Below, piece by piece: positions 35,240 through 37,726 of a DNA stretch of 37,726 nucleotides (its first letter is position 1; every line of letters begins with the position of its first letter). The translations under genes and the position numbers were made by a program. The stretch is from a virus (Duplodnaviria; Caudoviricetes), in IMG/VR virus record IMGVR_UViG_3300024284_000012, positions 1 through 37,726 of that record. One strand, given 5' to 3'. The notes below the pieces were generated by a model. The model did no database searches and was not told where the DNA came from. It saw only the letters and a list, made by a program, of their open reading frames with translations.

Positions 35240-35586
35240 TTGGCGAACTCCCGCTGAATCTCGTCCGGCAGCATGAACGCCAGACGTGCCACCTCTGGTG
35301 GTGGTGGCTCCTCCCAGCGCTCCTCCCATTCGTGTCCGCAATCCAAGGCGTAGGCAACTCCCTCTCCGTCAAACGGATCCATCTGCCCATGGATCGCCTT
35401 CGCGATTTCGCAGCACCGCAGGCAACGTGTTAGGCACTCGAATTCGCCTTCCCACTTGAACGCGATGCGCTCGTAGACATCGCCGACACGGATAGGCAGC
35501 TCGCAAGCGCAGCACTCGTGAGGCTTCCTGGCGCGAGGCCGTGTGACACACTCGAATTCATTATAGCCGTCGATGTCGCAGCTCAT
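35236..35586 (-). CDS. Zn-binding phage protein
   Basis: RARKPHECCAC...IRVGDVYE...RCLRC. Confidence 0.7.
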   Translation of the reverse strand: MSCDIDGYNEFECVTRPRARKPHECCACELPIRVGDVYERIAFKWEGEFECLTRCLRCCEIAKAIHGQMDPFDGEGVAYALDCGHEWEERWEEPPPPEVARLAFMLPDEIQREFAK

Positions 35587-35906
35587 AGATTGCCGAGCGC
35601 TTTCTGCGCTACCGCGATCGCCGCGCCTACACTCTTGATGAGATGGACCTCAGCGCCGGCGCGTCGTAGCCGGTCGTGCATCTTGAGCTGCTCGAGTGAC
35701 GTAATGCCGCCGGCCTCGAGCTTCGCTTCGAGGTAGATGGGCCGGCCGCGGATAACAACGCCAATGTCCGGAAAGCCTTCAGGCGCGCCATTGACGTAGC
35801 CGCCTCGGACTTTCGCCTTGCCGGTAAAGACGCGATAGGCAACGACTCCTGGGATAGCGTTCAGGGCCTTGATAGCTGGGCCTACGATTTCGGAGGTCTC
35901 GCTCAT
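35583..35906 (-). CDS. VRR-NUC (PD-(D/E)xK) nuclease
   Basis: GFPDI...YLEAK...SLEQ...LRRAGAEVHLIKSV. Confidence 0.85.
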   Translation of the reverse strand: MSETSEIVGPAIKALNAIPGVVAYRVFTGKAKVRGGYVNGAPEGFPDIGVVIRGRPIYLEAKLEAGGITSLEQLKMHDRLRRAGAEVHLIKSVGAAIAVAQKALGNL

Positions 35907-36115
35907 GGGCGAGCTCTCCCGAGAGCGCTCCAAAGACCAGGGTACGCCTTATCCAGGAGCGAAATGGTCTCGGCGCTGATGCTCGTCCGCCCGCTCTCCC
36001 AATTGCGCCAGCCGCTCAGCGAGCATTGAGCCAAGGCGGCGCATTGTTCCTGTGAGATTTCGTGGTCCTCCCGCCACTTCTTCAGGATAGCGGGCACGGT
36101 CTTTTCCTCTGTCAT
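35903..36115 (-). CDS. XRE/Cro-like HTH regulator (70 aa)
   Basis: LKKWREDHEISQEQCAALAQCSLSGWRNWESGR; ATG 36115 follows a -10 box. Confidence 0.85.
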   Translation of the reverse strand: MTEEKTVPAILKKWREDHEISQEQCAALAQCSLSGWRNWESGRTSISAETISLLDKAYPGLWSALGRARP

Positions 36116-36122
36116 GCCCAGA

Positions 36123-36151
36123 ACCCTAGCGGCAAGAATCGTCATCGTCAA
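36123..36151 (-). promoter_or_regulatory. Leftward sigma70-type promoter
   Basis: TTGACG-N17-TAGGGT-N7-ATG. Confidence 0.75.
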
Positions 36152-36163
36152 GACGTTTTCTGG

Positions 36164-36192
36164 TTGACGCCTTTCTGGTGATGGTTTAGGCT
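36164..36192 (+). promoter_or_regulatory. Rightward sigma70-type promoter
   Basis: TTGACG-N17-TAGGCT-N6-ATG; TCTGGT repeats at 36159, 36174, 36192. Confidence 0.75.
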
Positions 36193-36198
36193 CTGGTC

Positions 36199-36450
36199 AT
36201 GCTCAACCACGACGCCGGCTGGCGAGAAGACCAAGAGGCCGAGATGCTCAACGCAATGCGCGAGGCGTGCGGCGACTACCTCATCGTTGACTATCGCGGC
36301 TACGAGGTATTCCAGACGCCGACCTTCACGGTCGCGCTGGACAAGATGGCGCAACGCAAGCGGGACGGCTACGGGCCGGATGAACTCCGGAATCTGGCCG
36401 GCGAGATCACGGATGAGGAAGCGGCGGCAATGGAGGAGGCTGGAATATGA
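36199..36450 (+). CDS. Acidic hypothetical early protein
   Basis: First gene after the rightward promoter; ATGA-coupled to the next gene. Confidence 0.65.
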   Translation: MLNHDAGWREDQEAEMLNAMREACGDYLIVDYRGYEVFQTPTFTVALDKMAQRKRDGYGPDELRNLAGEITDEEAAAMEEAGI

Positions 36451-36815
36451 GCAAATTAGAGGATCTAATCAAGTCGGTTCCGGTCCTGCAGGCTTGGGAA
36501 AGAAAGACGCCCATCGTATTCGATGGCGAGAGTGATTGTCTCACTGTCGCCGAATTCCACGAGCTCCTAGCCGATAAGGCCCATCCTCGCGACATGACCG
36601 CGACCTGTCCCCAATGCGGCAAGATTGCCTTCCAGAAATACGACGCCGAGCAAATCGTCCCAGAGCCCGGGACTGGCGACGACGACACGGCCCAGCTTGG
36701 TGCGGCGCTGCAATATCACTGCGGCGCTTGCGGGTCGACCTATAGTCGCGCCTGGGTCGCGGGGCCTTGGGCTGAGGAAGACTTGCTTCGGGTGATTGAT
36801 AGGGGGCCGTTGTGA
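36447..36815 (+). CDS. Zn-ribbon protein
   Basis: CPQC...CGAC; GGAGG SD. Confidence 0.7.
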   Translation: MSKLEDLIKSVPVLQAWERKTPIVFDGESDCLTVAEFHELLADKAHPRDMTATCPQCGKIAFQKYDAEQIVPEPGTGDDDTAQLGAALQYHCGACGSTYSRAWVAGPWAEEDLLRVIDRGPL

Positions 36816-36979
36816 CCTTCCGCATCCTACGCCCCCGAGCCGCGACGAAACGCGATTACCCGAATGCGCAGCTCGCGCATCTGCGACGTCTGCTCGCGCC
36901 TCCGGTCATGCATCCAGCTATCGAGGCAGCGAGGAAACGGCGGAAAGACGCGATCGCGCGCGTGATGGGGCGACCATAA
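36812..36979 (+). CDS. Small basic protein (55 aa)
   Basis: Hand-translated MTFRILRPRAATKRDY...; GTGA overlap. Confidence 0.5.
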   Translation: MTFRILRPRAATKRDYPNAQLAHLRRLLAPPVMHPAIEAARKRRKDAIARVMGRP

Positions 36980-36980
36980 A

Positions 36981-37133
36981 ATGGCACGCACCAATGCTCG
37001 CAAGCAGCTGGAGAGCTGGTTCTGGTTCTGGGAAGCACTGGTGGCGCTTCATGATCCTGAGATTCTCTCATTCGATGTCGTCGTTTATTGCTTCGACCGA
37101 ATGAAAGGCAAAAAGCCAGAGGGGAAGCCATGA
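36981..37133 (+). CDS. Small hypothetical protein (50 aa)
   Basis: Hand-translated MARTNARKQLESWFWFWEAL...; ATGA overlap with the next gene. Confidence 0.5.
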   Translation: MARTNARKQLESWFWFWEALVALHDPEILSFDVVVYCFDRMKGKKPEGKP

Positions 37134-37297
37134 TGTTCGGCCATAGAACAATCTCGCCACGAGGAGAGTTGCAGCAGTTCCTGGGTATTCAAGGCTGGCG
37201 CGTCGCGCTGGACATTCTCAAAAAACGCGACCCGACGGAAGAGCTGGAGATATTGCTGGGTGCGTTTCTGATCGCTCAACAAGTTACGGAACAATAG
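37130..37297 (+). CDS. Small hypothetical protein
   Basis: ATG 37130 after GAGGGG. Confidence 0.5.
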   Translation: MMFGHRTISPRGELQQFLGIQGWRVALDILKKRDPTEELEILLGAFLIAQQVTEQ

Positions 37298-37307
37298 GAG
37301 GAAGCAA

Positions 37308-37607
37308 ATGACAACCAAGAAGAAGATTGCGCAGAGAGCCTACGTCGTTGTTCGAACATACAGCGCTGGAGTCCATGTGGGCGAATTGGTCTCTCGTAAA
37401 GGCCCGGAAGTGAAGCTGGCGAATGCACGCCGCGTCTGGTCGTGGAAGGGGGCCAATACGCTCCATGAGATGGCGAATGCTGGCGTCGCTGCCGGTTCGC
37501 GGGTGTCACAACCAGTGAGCAGTATCGAACTCATGGGAGCGATCGAGGTACTGGCCACAACGAAGGCCGGAGAGGCCTCCTTGCGAGGCGCACAATGGTC
37601 GGCGTGA
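37308..37607 (+). CDS. Conserved phage protein (DUF6948-like as recalled, unverified)
   Basis: YVVVRTYSAGVHVGEL...LANARRVWSWKGANTLHEMA; AGGAGG SD. Confidence 0.75.
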   Translation: MTTKKKIAQRAYVVVRTYSAGVHVGELVSRKGPEVKLANARRVWSWKGANTLHEMANAGVAAGSRVSQPVSSIELMGAIEVLATTKAGEASLRGAQWSA

Positions 37608-37726
37608 CGCGCGGCGAGAGGCCAGACCAGATCGGCTCCGGCTACGGCTCCGGCGACGGCTCCGGCTACGGCTCCGGCTACGGCTCCGGCTACGGCTCCG
37701 GCTCCGGCTACGGCTCCGGCTCCGGC
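37604..37726 (+). CDS. Gly-Ser/Tyr/Asp repeat protein, 3'-truncated
   Basis: GTGA overlap; MTRGERPDQIGSGYGSGDGSGYG... Confidence 0.7.
   Translation, partial: MTRGERPDQIGSGYGSGDGSGYGSGYGSGYGSGSGYGSGSG
37634..37726 (+). repeat. Tandem hexamer repeat GGC-TCC/TAC/GAC
   Basis: GGCTCCGGCTAC units run to the end of the window. Confidence 0.95.

Larger units (their letters stand above)
1..37726. mobile_element. Tailed dsDNA bacteriophage genome segment, podovirus-like virion module
   Basis: TerL-portal-scaffold-capsid-adaptor-nozzle-ejection gene order, tightly packed ATGA/GTGA-coupled genes, no host housekeeping genes, no tape-measure or sheath gene recognised. Confidence 0.95.

Noticed and set aside
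37634-37726. CRISPR array or telomere-like terminal repeat
   Set aside because: Hexamer units without spacers, in frame with a Gly-rich ORF
1-37726. Integrase/att sites, tRNAs, DNA or RNA polymerase, helicase, reverse transcriptase or DGR
   Set aside because: No diagnostic motifs found by eye; they could lie outside the window
1-37726. Apparent abundance of CTAG and TCGA tetramers
   Set aside because: Visual impression only; needs a Markov-normalised k-mer count before any claim about restriction or methylation

Overview
The window is almost entirely a tailed dsDNA phage genome segment, GC-rich by eye and probably podovirus-like. It has two converging transcription blocks. The minus-strand block (36115 down to 5914) runs: Cro-like HTH, VRR-NUC, minimal C5-methyltransferase-like protein, lambdoid-type replication initiator with an internal TGAC-iteron origin, small ORFs including a GroES-like co-chaperonin, terminase large subunit, wHTH protein, portal, scaffold, major capsid, adaptor, tail/nozzle, three ejection proteins, a fibre-like protein, an atypical lysis/membrane cassette and a FkbM methyltransferase. 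The plus-strand genes lie at 36199-37726 and 1-6021. They end in a GT2(SunS-like)-TPR-GT4 fusion, a second GT4 and a B12-dependent radical SAM enzyme that overlaps FkbM tail-to-tail. That glycosylation/methylation cluster is the best candidate for an undescribed system (virion, lipoprotein or DNA glycan decoration). Other points of note: at least five sigma70-type promoters sit directly against start codons (leaderless mRNAs), one lipoprotein has a knottin-like Cys framework, an HExxE protein occupies the endolysin position, and a small gene is flanked by a 10-bp direct repeat. I saw no integrase, tRNA, CRISPR array or DNA polymerase. All calls come from motifs and synteny read by eye; no database searches were run.
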